From Candidatus Thorarchaeota archaeon (GTDB lineage: Archaea > Asgardarchaeota > Thorarchaeia > Thorarchaeales > Thorarchaeaceae), in contig JAGSHN010000018.1 in assembly GCA_029855935.1 (NCBI GenBank), forward strand, positions 76,547-140,546: 64,000 bases of DNA. Direction: 5' to 3'. The position numbers and the translations under genes were made by a program. Every line of letters starts with the position of its first letter. Position 1 is the first letter of the stretch. This document shows positions 9,793 through 19,603 of this stretch, piece by piece. The notes under the pieces are model-generated. The model had not been told where the DNA came from and made no database searches. It was given only the letters and a program-made list of their open reading frames with translations.

Positions 9793-11286
9793 ATGCAAGA
9801 AGAAGGAACTGATCTCTCCACGGACTTCGTGCGATTCCATATCACGAATCTTGGACCATTGAGGAAAGCTACGATTGTCCTGCGCCCATTGTCGGTTTTC
9901 ATTGGTCCAAACAATGCTGGAAAGTCGTATGTGGCCACAATCATCCACGCGCTTGGCACTTCGTTTCTCTCGGCGGAATTCCCTTGGAGGGCAGTCTTTT
10001 CTTCCGATGACTACGTAGTAGATAAGAAGAAACGTCTTGATGCGAAGTTGCTGGAGAAAATTGTTCAAGCAGTGGGCTCCAATCTCGGAGATCTGGGCGT
10101 TGTCGGAGGACTCGTAGAGGATCGCACGGCGAAGATTGTCCGCTGGACACTTGCGGGACTAGAGCGCTCAATATCCGGTGAGATAGTGCGTTCATTCTCC
10201 TGTAGGCTCAGCGACATCGTTAGATTCGGCGCCAACAAGATGAGGATAGTAGTGGAGAACAGGTATTCGGACTACGAAGTCACTGTATCAAAGACTGGCG
10301 AGGTCAGCCTCAGAGTTCGCGACATTCACTTGCCGATCAAGAGAGCAGACTCTGGCATTCCCTACATACCATCAATCAATCGTGAAGTCATTGCAGGCTG
10401 GATCTCACACCTTTTGACGGCAAGCAAACCTGAGCAAGCGGCTCGAGCCATTGCCGATGTGGCTGTTGTCCTGACAACGCTGGGCATACTCTATCCCCTC
10501 GTCGGAGTAACAAACAGCCTGTACCTTCCAGCAGCAAGAGGCGGTTCTGTCCAGACCTATCGCTCACTTGCAGCTGAGTATGTTCTTCAGCTTCCATTTG
10601 CCCTCTCCGAGCCCCAGTCAAGGCCACCCACCCTGAGCAAGACGATGGCTTTGCTCTTCGCAAAGATGATTAACATGCCCGATGAGAGAGGCCCATTGGC
10701 CGAGATTGCTGAGGAGTATGAGGCTAGAACGACAGGAGGACACATTGAAATAGTACAAGACTCAAAGCATAAACTTCCACGTCTAGAGTTCAGATATGCC
10801 GGGCATTCAATGGGACTTCAGAGGGTCTCATCCTCGATATCAGAACTGGCTCCGCTGTATTTGTATCTAAAGTATTATGTCACACCGAAGTCAATGTTGA
10901 CAATCGAGGAGCCAGAGGCCCATCTTCATCCGGAGAACCAGCTGATAGTTGCAAAACTGATTGCCCGCCTAGTCAACGAGGGAGTTGTCCTGCTAGTCAC
11001 GACACATAGCGACTATCTGCTAAATCAGCTGAGCAACTGTATTGGTGCATCAAGACTCACATCCGAACAAAAACAAGCACTTGGCATTCTAGACAGCGAA
11101 ACTTTGCCATCTGACAAGGTGGCCATATATCTATTCGAAACAGTTGGTGATGGAGAATTCACAACACGACAACTATGCATAGACTGGGAAGGTATCCCGG
11201 ATGATGAGTTCTCAAAGGTATATGAGCAACTATATGAACAGTCGGTATTGATAGATACTGCACTCTCTCGCCCTGGTGACAGGTGA
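9793..11286 (+). CDS. ABC-type ATPase (AAA_15/AAA_21 class), putative defence sensor
   Basis: GPNNAGKS Walker A, VSSSISE signature, IEEPEAHLHP Walker B/D-loop, TTHS H-loop; lower GC. Confidence 0.9.
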   Translation: MQEEGTDLSTDFVRFHITNLGPLRKATIVLRPLSVFIGPNNAGKSYVATIIHALGTSFLSAEFPWRAVFSSDDYVVDKKKRLDAKLLEKIVQAVGSNLGDLGVVGGLVEDRTAKIVRWTLAGLERSISGEIVRSFSCRLSDIVRFGANKMRIVVENRYSDYEVTVSKTGEVSLRVRDIHLPIKRADSGIPYIPSINREVIAGWISHLLTASKPEQAARAIADVAVVLTTLGILYPLVGVTNSLYLPAARGGSVQTYRSLAAEYVLQLPFALSEPQSRPPTLSKTMALLFAKMINMPDERGPLAEIAEEYEARTTGGHIEIVQDSKHKLPRLEFRYAGHSMGLQRVSSSISELAPLYLYLKYYVTPKSMLTIEEPEAHLHPENQLIVAKLIARLVNEGVVLLVTTHSDYLLNQLSNCIGASRLTSEQKQALGILDSETLPSDKVAIYLFETVGDGEFTTRQLCIDWEGIPDDEFSKVYEQLYEQSVLIDTALSRPGDR

Positions 11287-11780
11287 GCCATATGAGCGTG
11301 GTTACCTGCATCAGGAAAGAGTATGCCAACTATGTATATCGATGCAGGGAGAGAGGAAGCAGGGTCGATACTACTGGTATTGAATGTGTTGTACTCTGGG
11401 GCGATGCGATTGAGAGAGATTTCATTGGGAATGCCATGCTTCGTAAGAGCTGTGATTGCATCATCATATCCGAATGGAAGGAGGATGTTATAGTCCTTTT
11501 TGTTGAACTAAAGAGGGGAACTGTCAAGGCGGACGATTGCATCGTCAAGATGCAGACCTGCTACGAACACGCCACGAATATTCTTCAGCACTGCTCAATT
11601 CGGCCGACTGGCTGGAATCCAATCTTTCTCGTTGTTCATAGACGTATGAAGACACACGAGATGGCTCAGCTGAGATCGAAACGAATGAGATGCGGCGGAA
11701 AGAGATATCCAATATGGTCGCGGCCGAGCCCATTGAAATTACGGGAGCTTGTGGAGAGATGGCATCAATTCGTCCAATGA
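11283..11780 (+). CDS. Putative PD-(D/E)XK nuclease-fold partner of the ATPase
   Basis: 4-nt GTGA overlap; CDCII...FVELKRG motif. Confidence 0.55.
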   Translation: MSHMSVVTCIRKEYANYVYRCRERGSRVDTTGIECVVLWGDAIERDFIGNAMLRKSCDCIIISEWKEDVIVLFVELKRGTVKADDCIVKMQTCYEHATNILQHCSIRPTGWNPIFLVVHRRMKTHEMAQLRSKRMRCGGKRYPIWSRPSPLKLRELVERWHQFVQ

Positions 11781-11995
11781 GAGTCAGAATCCGATTCAAC
11801 TCAATATGAGTTGCTCATTGAGTCGGTACTTACTGAGTGCGTGAGAATCAGCAAGCACATGCTGGCAACGTGACGGATGCCAGATACCTATTGGGGTGTT
11901 CCCCAGATAATCGGCGGAGTATCTGCCCGAATGATTTAATTAGAGAGAAAGACACTGTGAGAAACACGTTACACACCCTGAAGGACGTATTTGCA

Positions 11996-12418
11996 ATGGT
12001 GATTGACAGAGAGGGAGCCACATCGGCAGTCATATTGCACTTCAAATCGGGAGAGCCTGCAAGTCTTCCGGCGGAGTTTGTTGCAGACATCGGTGAAAGC
12101 ACCGCGCTCACGGTCCTTCACCACAAGGACAGGATCATGAAGATCTACCCTGTGGAGTCTGACAACATCTATCTGCTTCGCATCGAGATCAGCGACCTGT
12201 CCAGGGATTTCCTAAAGCAGCTAAACTTCTCCTTCAACGATGCAAAGCTGTCGGACATCATCTTCACCACTGGCGTCTGCCTGCGGGGGGAGAAGTGCTA
12301 CTACGAGTGCTACTTTGTGCCGGACCAGCTCGTTGTGTCGCTGGATGAGCTCCAGAACAGCCTCGAGAAGATCCCAGGCGTCTCACGTGTTGTCCTTCGA
12401 AGGGTTGAGTCTTCATAG
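11996..12418 (+). CDS. Hypothetical protein with ACT-like C-terminal domain
   Basis: Likely start ATG 11996 (MVIDREG); ferredoxin-like pattern ending LEKIPGVSRV. Confidence 0.55.
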   Translation: MVIDREGATSAVILHFKSGEPASLPAEFVADIGESTALTVLHHKDRIMKIYPVESDNIYLLRIEISDLSRDFLKQLNFSFNDAKLSDIIFTTGVCLRGEKCYYECYFVPDQLVVSLDELQNSLEKIPGVSRVVLRRVESS

Positions 12419-12517
12419 GGGACCCAACGCGGCCTGCATTTGCATGGGCCGGCTCTGATTCAACGAGAATGGGACCGTTCAGGGGGCTCGGTCTGCGGGG
12501 AGCACAACAAATATAGC

Positions 12518-13306
12518 TTAGTCGAGGACATCTTCGACGTAGTCCCTCAGATTCCGCGGCACATATGAGGCGAGAAAGCCTCTGAGTACAGTCTCCTCAT
12601 CACGGATTATGTCATAGCTCTCGAAGTGGTTGAGCACATTATTCAGGTCGCGCCTGAGTAGCCTCACTGCGACCTCAAGGTTGCACCACGGGTCCACATG
12701 ATAGGCCTGTGGCATGTCGATAAACCATGCTCGGTTGCGCCACCAGAGAATGTTGTACGGGCTGAGGTCTCCGTGGACGTAATGGGCACGACTGTACATT
12801 GCAAGATAGTCTGCCAGAATCTGGTCGAGCACAGCCCCGGGATCCTCTGGGTGAACCTCCCTCAGTCGGGGTGCTGGTGTCGTACCATCACCAATGAACC
12901 GCATCGTGACATAGTTGGCAACGCGACCCACAGGAGTGGGCACGGGGACGCCCGCTCGAAAGGAGACCAGTAGCACGTCGTACTCTTTGGCTGCAAGTAC
13001 CTCCATTCGACCAGGAGCAAAGAAGCCCCGCTTCTTGCCAGCACGTGATGTACGCCACAGCCGGTAGGCCTTCAGCACAAGTGGGAATCCATTGAGGACA
13101 CCAAGATAGACATCGGCCTCCTTTCCCGACCTCAGCTGTAGAATGACCTCTGACACAAGGCCGAACTCCATTGCATCCTGTCGGACCTCTGCAAGGGTCA
13201 GTTCGTGGATGGCAACCGACTGGCCCGAACGACCCCCTCGTTGTCGACTGCGTTTGAACCGTGTCACACTTGATTTGGATGGATTGAATCTCTCAACAGG
13301 ACACAC
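12518..13306 (-). CDS. RIO1-family atypical Ser/Thr kinase
   Basis: SGKEADVY, LKAY, HGDLSPYNIL, IDMPQ. Confidence 0.92.
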   Translation of the reverse strand: MCPVERFNPSKSSVTRFKRSRQRGGRSGQSVAIHELTLAEVRQDAMEFGLVSEVILQLRSGKEADVYLGVLNGFPLVLKAYRLWRTSRAGKKRGFFAPGRMEVLAAKEYDVLLVSFRAGVPVPTPVGRVANYVTMRFIGDGTTPAPRLREVHPEDPGAVLDQILADYLAMYSRAHYVHGDLSPYNILWWRNRAWFIDMPQAYHVDPWCNLEVAVRLLRRDLNNVLNHFESYDIIRDEETVLRGFLASYVPRNLRDYVEDVLD

Positions 13307-13645
13307 TGCTCAGTGCATCTCCTCTGTTCTCAGCACCTGTGGACTGCCCCGTGTACGCATGGAGTGACTGTCACACGGGAACAGTGGAGCACGTGTCAGA
13401 TGTTCGTCGTCACTGGGTGGCTAGGAGATCGCGTGCCACCGCCTAGGTCATCAGAACGAGCAACAGTCCGCACGGTCAACCCGATCTGTCCGGCTACACC
13501 GACACGTGCGAAGTGAGTCGAGCCTCCAGAACCAGAGTCACTGGAGAACGGTCTGACCGGTGCAGATTGTTGCTACAACAAGTCCGTCTTCAACTGTCAC
13601 AACATTCACCAACGCCATACCAATCTGCACCTCCTGTTCTCCTTT
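13307..13645 (-). promoter_or_regulatory. Structured 5' leader / attenuator-like region of RIO kinase
   Basis: Inverted repeats 13559-13569/13621-13631 (11 bp perfect), 13543-13551/13634-13642, gcacgtgtc/gacacgtgc, ccgtgt/acacgg. Confidence 0.55.
13538..13618 (-). CDS. Putative 26-aa leader peptide MALVNVVTVEDGLVVATICTGQTVLQ upstream of RIO kinase
   Basis: GGAGGTG Shine-Dalgarno upstream of ATG 13618; TGA at 13538-13540. Confidence 0.5.
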   Translation of the reverse strand: MALVNVVTVEDGLVVATICTGQTVLQ

Positions 13646-13811
13646 GTCGGCTCCTCTACAACGTGGACAGTGAAATACTTTTGCCCGCTTGGTCTTGAGC
13701 GATAGTGACCGCGGCCGTTCGCCGGTGAATCGCTGGCAGAGGACTTAATATCTCTCAGACGCTCCGGTTGCGCCACCGCACAGCCCCATCCAACACGGAG
13801 TCCCATCAAGA

Positions 13812-14864
13812 ATGAAGACCACTCACCGAGTCATCTGTGGCGACGCGCGAGATATGGCAGAGCTGGAGTCGTCATCGGTCGACCTGATTGTCACATCGCC
13901 ACCATACCCTATGATTCAGATGTGGGACGAGACATTCTCGATGATGAACACAGAGATTGAGGAGGCCCTCAATGCTGCAGACGGGCCACAGGCCTTTGAA
14001 CTGATGCATCAGGAACTCGATTGTGCGTGGAGGGAGTGCCACCGTGTTCTCAAAGAGGGCGGGATCATCTGCATCAATGTCGGCGATGCCACCCGGACCG
14101 TGGGCGAGGAATTCAGGCTCTATCCCAACCACTCGAGAGTACTGACCACGCTGACAGCGCTCGGTCTCAGGGTGCTGCCGTGGATCATCTGGAGAAAGCC
14201 GACCAATGCGCCCAACAAGTTCATGGGCTCCGGGATGCTCCCACCCGGGGCGTACGTCACTCTTGAGCACGAGTTCATTCTCATCGCCCGGAAGGGAAAC
14301 AGGCGGTTGTTCGCATCTGGTGAGGAAAGGAGCCGGAGAAGGCAGAGCGCATACTTCTGGGAGGAACGGAACCAGTGGTTCTCCGACGTCTGGACCGATC
14401 TCACCGGGACCTCTCAGCCGCTTCAGTCAGAGACCACGCGGTCGCGCAGCGCGGCCTTTCCCGTTGAGCTGCCGTATCGGCTGATTCAGATGTTCTCCAT
14501 CCGTGGTGACACTGTCCTCGACCCATTCGCAGGAGTCGGCACAACACTTGTGGCCGCGGTAATCACGGCCCGTCATAGCATCGGCATAGAGATTGAGGCT
14601 GGCCTGATACCGCTGATCCTACGACGACTGGTCGACGGCGTAGAACTGGGACAACAGACCGTGCAGCAGAGGTATAGGGCGCACGTGCAGTTCCTCAGAC
14701 AGAGGGATAGCACAAAGACTCCACCAAGGTATCACAACAGAAGTCTTGACGTGGATGTGATGACAAGTCAGGAGACCGATATGGTGTGGGTCGTCCCAGT
14801 CTCGGCGCAGACTGCGGAGGACGGCACTGTGATCATTGACTACGAGCCGTTCAAGGTCGAATAG
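13812..14864 (+). CDS. Orphan beta-class amino DNA methyltransferase (m4C; M.MthZI/Zim CTAG-like family)
   Basis: TSPPYPMI..WD motif IV precedes DPFAGVGTT motif I; no adjacent restriction enzyme; CTAG specificity only recalled. Confidence 0.85.
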   Translation: MKTTHRVICGDARDMAELESSSVDLIVTSPPYPMIQMWDETFSMMNTEIEEALNAADGPQAFELMHQELDCAWRECHRVLKEGGIICINVGDATRTVGEEFRLYPNHSRVLTTLTALGLRVLPWIIWRKPTNAPNKFMGSGMLPPGAYVTLEHEFILIARKGNRRLFASGEERSRRRQSAYFWEERNQWFSDVWTDLTGTSQPLQSETTRSRSAAFPVELPYRLIQMFSIRGDTVLDPFAGVGTTLVAAVITARHSIGIEIEAGLIPLILRRLVDGVELGQQTVQQRYRAHVQFLRQRDSTKTPPRYHNRSLDVDVMTSQETDMVWVVPVSAQTAEDGTVIIDYEPFKVE

Positions 14865-14914
14865 AGGGCATTCAGACAGCCCCTCTCATAGACACGACTT
14901 CTCCGCCACGAGTG

Positions 14915-15733
14915 TCACTGTCTCGATAGGACCTCGTCCATTGCGCCAGTCCGATAGCCCTGCGTGTCAAGTGTCACATACCTGAAACCCGCATTCTTGG
15001 CAATCTCAGTCAGACGGTCCAATTTGTCAACATCGAACATCTTCTGACGCTCGTCACGCCCGACCTCTATCCGGACGATATCGCCGTGATAGCGTGCCCG
15101 AACACACTCAACACCGAACAGGTCTCGAACTGCCTGTTCGACCGTGTCCACCATCCTGACCCGTTCCTCAGTTATCTCAGTCCCATACGGGAATCGACTG
15201 GCGAGACAGGCCATGGAGGGACGCTCAGCAACAGACAGACCGCGACTCCGTGCAAAAGCACGAATCTCATCTTTTGTGACGCCAGCCTCCTTGAACGGGG
15301 AGATCACTCCCGCCTCGGCAAGAGCCCTCGCCCCGGGCCGATGCCCCTGAACATCGGTCGCGTTTGTGCCATCGACGATAAGGTCCAGCCCGAGCTCCCG
15401 GGCCGCGCTGAGCCACACCTGAGAGAGCTCTCTCTTGCAGAAGTAGCAGCGGTCGACAGGGTTCTTCGCAAGGCCGGGATTGTTCAACTCGTCAACGTGA
15501 ACCACCCTCAGAGGGAGTCCGAGTTCCTCTGCCGTACGCCTTGCAGCATCAATCTCGCCACGAGCAAGCATGATGCTGTCGACTGTCAAGAGCACCGTCC
15601 GTTGGGCGCTCTCCTTGGCGAGGAGAGCAAGGACTGCACTGTCCACACCACCGCTGAAGGCGACAAGCACTCCGTGCCCGCGTAGGATCTCTCTGACTCT
15701 CTCGAACTTTCTCTCAGTATCTGCCATGCTCAT
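14915..15733 (-). CDS. larE: ATP-dependent sulfur transferase LarE
   Basis: AFSGGVDS PP-loop, RCYFCK, DGTN..D...RPG, ACLASRFPYG, GYRTGAM. Confidence 0.93.
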   Translation of the reverse strand: MSMADTERKFERVREILRGHGVLVAFSGGVDSAVLALLAKESAQRTVLLTVDSIMLARGEIDAARRTAEELGLPLRVVHVDELNNPGLAKNPVDRCYFCKRELSQVWLSAARELGLDLIVDGTNATDVQGHRPGARALAEAGVISPFKEAGVTKDEIRAFARSRGLSVAERPSMACLASRFPYGTEITEERVRMVDTVEQAVRDLFGVECVRARYHGDIVRIEVGRDERQKMFDVDKLDRLTEIAKNAGFRYVTLDTQGYRTGAMDEVLSRQ

Positions 15734-16026
15734 CTGTTGTCATCTCCCACAAGAAGCGGCACGAGGATGTCTGCAACGGACTCGGCGCTCTCTTCCGACA
15801 TGCCTCTCAGCAGGATCCGGCCATCAGGAAACACTGTCACAGCACTGTCCCCTGCGCCCTGTAGTATGAGAATTGAGGGCAGGGCGACGCGAACCTGCAT
15901 ACCGACTGCACGGGCCACTCTCTCTGCCAGTGAGGGGAGATCGATACGTGACCTGCGGTCGAGGCGTATCTCGAATCCTGTCTTCTCCGAACACAGACGC
16001 ATCTCGTATCTCGCTGGCGAGTTCAT
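15730..16026 (-). CDS. Small hypothetical protein (MoeB C-terminal-like)
   Basis: Start MNSPARY; VTVFPDGRILLRG motif; overlaps larE start. Confidence 0.55.
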   Translation of the reverse strand: MNSPARYEMRLCSEKTGFEIRLDRRSRIDLPSLAERVARAVGMQVRVALPSILILQGAGDSAVTVFPDGRILLRGMSEESAESVADILVPLLVGDDNR

Positions 16027-16375
16027 AGTGAGAGCTCCCTCACAGAGCTGGTAGGAGCCGTCCAATGGTGGCCGGATGTCGCAACGACACGCTCGCCCGC
16101 CGATGAACGAGTCCCCGGGCTCGGGGGCGTGCATCAAGGGGACCGGCACTCAGTTGAGCATTGGACTCCCAGTTGATGTTTTGACTCTTCTGTTTGTGGC
16201 CCGTGGAGAACAGCGGAGAGACGTCGGGAAACAGTGTTCGTCGATTGGCCAGCTGCCTCAATATGCCTCCAGGCCCAACCTTCGCAAGAGAATAGAATAG
16301 AATGAAGGTGAGTCGAGCGACGCCGAGGCGGTCTCCCCAGCGGGAGAGTCTCACAACAGGCGTCCGACAACGTGG

Positions 16376-16570
16376 TCAATAGGACTTCCAAATCAGCAGG
16401 AGCCCTACGACGAGGGGGAAGAGCGCAAAGGCGGTCAGTGCAAGCATCTACTCTATGGGAGTGCCACAGGTGGACTCGACGACTGTCTCCTCGGTCGTGG
16501 CAAAGATCAAGAGGGCAAGCAGGGCTGTTGGCGGTGCAATGGTCAGTAGTCTGTTCAAAGTTGTTCTCAT
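16376..16570 (-). other. Small two-TM ORF split by an in-frame TAG (40 aa + TAG + 23 aa)
   Basis: GGAGGTG before ATG 16570; MRTTLNRLLTIAPPTALLALLIFATTEETVVESTCGTPIE*MLALTAFALFPLVVGLLLIWKSY*. Confidence 0.45.
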
Positions 16571-16702
16571 CTGGAACACCTCCCAGGGGAAGACATTCCG
16601 TAAAACGAACTGCGGGAGCCTTCTCCCGGCCGATTTTTGTCGAGAGTCCGCCTTAAGACATTTTCGAATATGAGCTCGGTTTCGGCTAGCGTAAGGCGCG
16701 CA

Positions 16703-17905
16703 TCAGAGTGATTGGCCCTCCTTCAGAACGAGGACCTCCGCCTCATTCACCTCTGCACGAATCCACAGCAGGTCCATCTTCTCCTCAGCTGGCGCAATCT
16801 CCTCAATTGGGGCGTGAATCGTAGGGTACTTCGGAGGAAGAACACAGCAGGAGGCAGCCTCGCTGGCAAACCTATAGGTCCCAATCTCTCGTGCCATCCG
16901 CTCGATCTCGACCTTGTCGTAGCCTATGCAAGGCCTTATGACGGGGGGGTCTGAGATGGCAGACGTCTCCACAAGCAGGTTCCGAGTTGTCTGAGAGGCC
17001 TGCTCGCCGATTATCTCTCCCGTCACAATGGCCTCGGCATTCTCCCTCCTCGCCACCTCGGCCGCGAGACGATACATATTCCTCCGGCAGAACACACAGG
17101 TCATACGTCGCGGCGCGTGGCGGAGTACCTCGGTCAGATCATCACCATGTGGCACGATGTACATCTTCACCTCTACACCGTGTATGAACCGACAGAGATG
17201 CCGTACTTGCTCGATGGCCACATTGACATTCGACCTGTCAGAGTACGGCGAGTTGTCGAAGTGGACAAACACGGGGACGGCCCCACGACGGATGATCTCG
17301 TACGCAGCAACAGGGGAGTCCAGACCACTGGAGATCATTATCACAACACGCCCCTCCATCCCGGTAGGAAGACCGCCAAGACCCTCCTCCGTCGTGTTGG
17401 CAACAAAGACCAAGTCATCACCAACCGGACATAGTGTCACGTTCAGGGCGGAGCCCGTGACAGGCTGGTCAGACGACTCAACCCTCGCAGCAAGCCCATC
17501 ATCTGAGAGGAGCGAACACGCCTGCTGCGCCAGAACAATGGCCGTGGAATCATCTCGTGACAGAGAGAAGACAACGCCGCCAGCGGCGGAGGCTCCCGCC
17601 TTTTGCTGCAGCATCTTTCGCACGGCTCTCGCGATGGCCCTGTCATTATGTGAAACCAGGACGCCGATACGAATCAGAGCAATGCCAAAGACGCGTCGTA
17701 GTGATGAGAGCAGAGGCTCCAAGTCACGCTCTCCAATGAAGACCGTGCCCTCGACCTTTGTGATCTCCCGCGGTCTGAGGCCAGTCTCACGCAGACACTC
17801 TTGAATTGACCTGAGCAAGAGATGGAGAAACCTCTCCCTCCGCGAGTCTCTCACGGCCGCGGTCCTTGTGGGCTCAATCAGGAGGCCCCATCTCTCTTCA
17901 GGCAT
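16703..17905 (-). CDS. thiI: tRNA 4-thiouridine synthase ThiI (archaeal CxxC type)
   Basis: SSGLDSPVA PP-loop, CVFCRRNM, TGE..G.QASQT, DKVEI, GTY. Confidence 0.88.
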   Translation of the reverse strand: MPEERWGLLIEPTRTAAVRDSRRERFLHLLLRSIQECLRETGLRPREITKVEGTVFIGERDLEPLLSSLRRVFGIALIRIGVLVSHNDRAIARAVRKMLQQKAGASAAGGVVFSLSRDDSTAIVLAQQACSLLSDDGLAARVESSDQPVTGSALNVTLCPVGDDLVFVANTTEEGLGGLPTGMEGRVVIMISSGLDSPVAAYEIIRRGAVPVFVHFDNSPYSDRSNVNVAIEQVRHLCRFIHGVEVKMYIVPHGDDLTEVLRHAPRRMTCVFCRRNMYRLAAEVARRENAEAIVTGEIIGEQASQTTRNLLVETSAISDPPVIRPCIGYDKVEIERMAREIGTYRFASEAASCCVLPPKYPTIHAPIEEIAPAEEKMDLLWIRAEVNEAEVLVLKEGQSL

Positions 17906-18039
17906 CTCTCATCACGACCAGGCTGGCTGTACCCTGCAACAGAGGTTGCCCTTTAACCTTACACGCTTAGGCAAGGCTTGCCACAGGACCGCTTGACATC
18001 CCTGATGGACACTCTTGTTCGCCACGCCATCGCCTGCGG

Positions 18040-19440
18040 TCAGCCTGGAGGCATTGCAGCCTGAGGAAGAGTCTCCCTGATGGCGAACCACAGAAGGAGA
18101 GCGGCGCCTATGCCGAGAGCACCCGCTGCCCAGAATGGTATCACAAGACCCTCAATGGCTATCCACGCAACGTAGAATGTCGTCAGTGAGAATACGCCGT
18201 AGAGCCAGCCGCCCAATATCGGGCCGACGGTGGCGCCAGCGTTGAAGAATGCCTGAATAGTCCCGAAGAGCTTGCCACGCAGCCTCCACGGCACTACGTC
18301 GGCCTGGATGGCACGCATCGCGGGCTGCGACGCTGACATAGCCGCGTTCTGAACAACCCAGACGACTCCGGTCTCGGTGAGGTTGCGTGTCAGGGGCAGC
18401 ATAAAGAGCCCTGCTCGTGCAGTGATGGCACCAACCACTGCAATGCCCTTTCGTCCGTGAGAGTCGGAATACCGTCCGGCGGGGATTGTGAAGAGCATGC
18501 CCACTGCACCAGCCCCTGATATGATGAACCCGATTGCACCAATGTCCGTGGTGATCTTGCTCATCAGGAACAGCTGAAAGAGTGGCTGGCCCATTCCCAT
18601 TGCCACTCCGTTGGCAACGGCCATCACATAGAGTACATTGACCATCCTGCGGGTCGTTGGGTCCATATCGTCCGAGATTGGGTCCGATTCTTCGGCAGAA
18701 GCATCCTCTTGGTCCTGCTGGTCAACGACCCGAAGCGGTGATATCTCGTTGGCCTTGGAGAGCGGCGCGGTCTCACTGAGGACAAACCAGGTGGCGATGA
18801 CAGATGGTACGACGAGCAATGCAGCAATGAAGTACGGGACTCTGAACACATCAGGCACGGGCAGAAGCAGCACATCCCTGCAGAAGTTATAGAGAAGGCC
18901 ACCCAGTCCGGGGCCGGCCACAAAGCCCACATTTGACACCATTATGTACAGGCCAAGGCCCTCCGCCCGTCGTGTCGGGCCGACAATGTCCATCAGAGCC
19001 GCCTCGGACGTGGGCCAGACCATCGCCGAAACAACGCCCTGCCCCGCACGTATCGCCAATAACTCCATCCAGTTGTGTGCCAGGCCGAACAGGATGAGCA
19101 GGATGACGTAACCAAGCAGCCCAGCGATGATTATGGGACGCCGCCCGCGACGATCAGACACCCCGCCCCAGTAGCGTGCGAGAAGCGTTCTTGTTCCCAT
19201 AAAGGCTGCCATCATCATTCCGAGAACAAAAGAGAACTGCGCAACAACCTCTGCCGGGACCGTGTAGCCAGCAGCTGGCGGTTGTGTCAGCCCTCCCTCG
19301 AGCGCGATGAGGTACAGAGCCATCGAGGGGGCCACTATGCCGAAGCCAAGCATCACAAGAAGGGCATTGATGGCGAGGACCATCACGCGCGGATTCAGAT
19401 AGAGGCTGTCCCCCGTACTTGAATGCCCCTGAATCCTCAT
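18040..19440 (-). CDS. MFS transporter
   Basis: About 12 TMs; GGVSDRRGRRP and GRYSDSHGRK motif A. Confidence 0.92.
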   Translation of the reverse strand: MRIQGHSSTGDSLYLNPRVMVLAINALLVMLGFGIVAPSMALYLIALEGGLTQPPAAGYTVPAEVVAQFSFVLGMMMAAFMGTRTLLARYWGGVSDRRGRRPIIIAGLLGYVILLILFGLAHNWMELLAIRAGQGVVSAMVWPTSEAALMDIVGPTRRAEGLGLYIMVSNVGFVAGPGLGGLLYNFCRDVLLLPVPDVFRVPYFIAALLVVPSVIATWFVLSETAPLSKANEISPLRVVDQQDQEDASAEESDPISDDMDPTTRRMVNVLYVMAVANGVAMGMGQPLFQLFLMSKITTDIGAIGFIISGAGAVGMLFTIPAGRYSDSHGRKGIAVVGAITARAGLFMLPLTRNLTETGVVWVVQNAAMSASQPAMRAIQADVVPWRLRGKLFGTIQAFFNAGATVGPILGGWLYGVFSLTTFYVAWIAIEGLVIPFWAAGALGIGAALLLWFAIRETLPQAAMPPG

Positions 19441-19603
19441 CGCGTAGTCCTCTATCACTGGGCGGCTATTCAACCCTAATATAGGTAGCAGTACGCGCAG
19501 CGATAGTCGCACAAGGTGGGTACGGCATTATCACACAATCCAGTCAATTTCATTCATTCCAATGCAAGGGGTCGAGCCATCTAGATGAACCAGCCAAGTT
19601 CTG

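Noticed and set aside
11797-11823. Nested palindrome caactca-ata-tgagttg after the defence pair
   Set aside because: Single short instance; cannot distinguish operator, terminator or chance
13385-13460. Hammerhead ribozyme or C/D box sRNA (minus strand CTGATGA...TGACGA...CTGA)
   Set aside because: No GAAA after stem II; D-guide would be only about 7 nt
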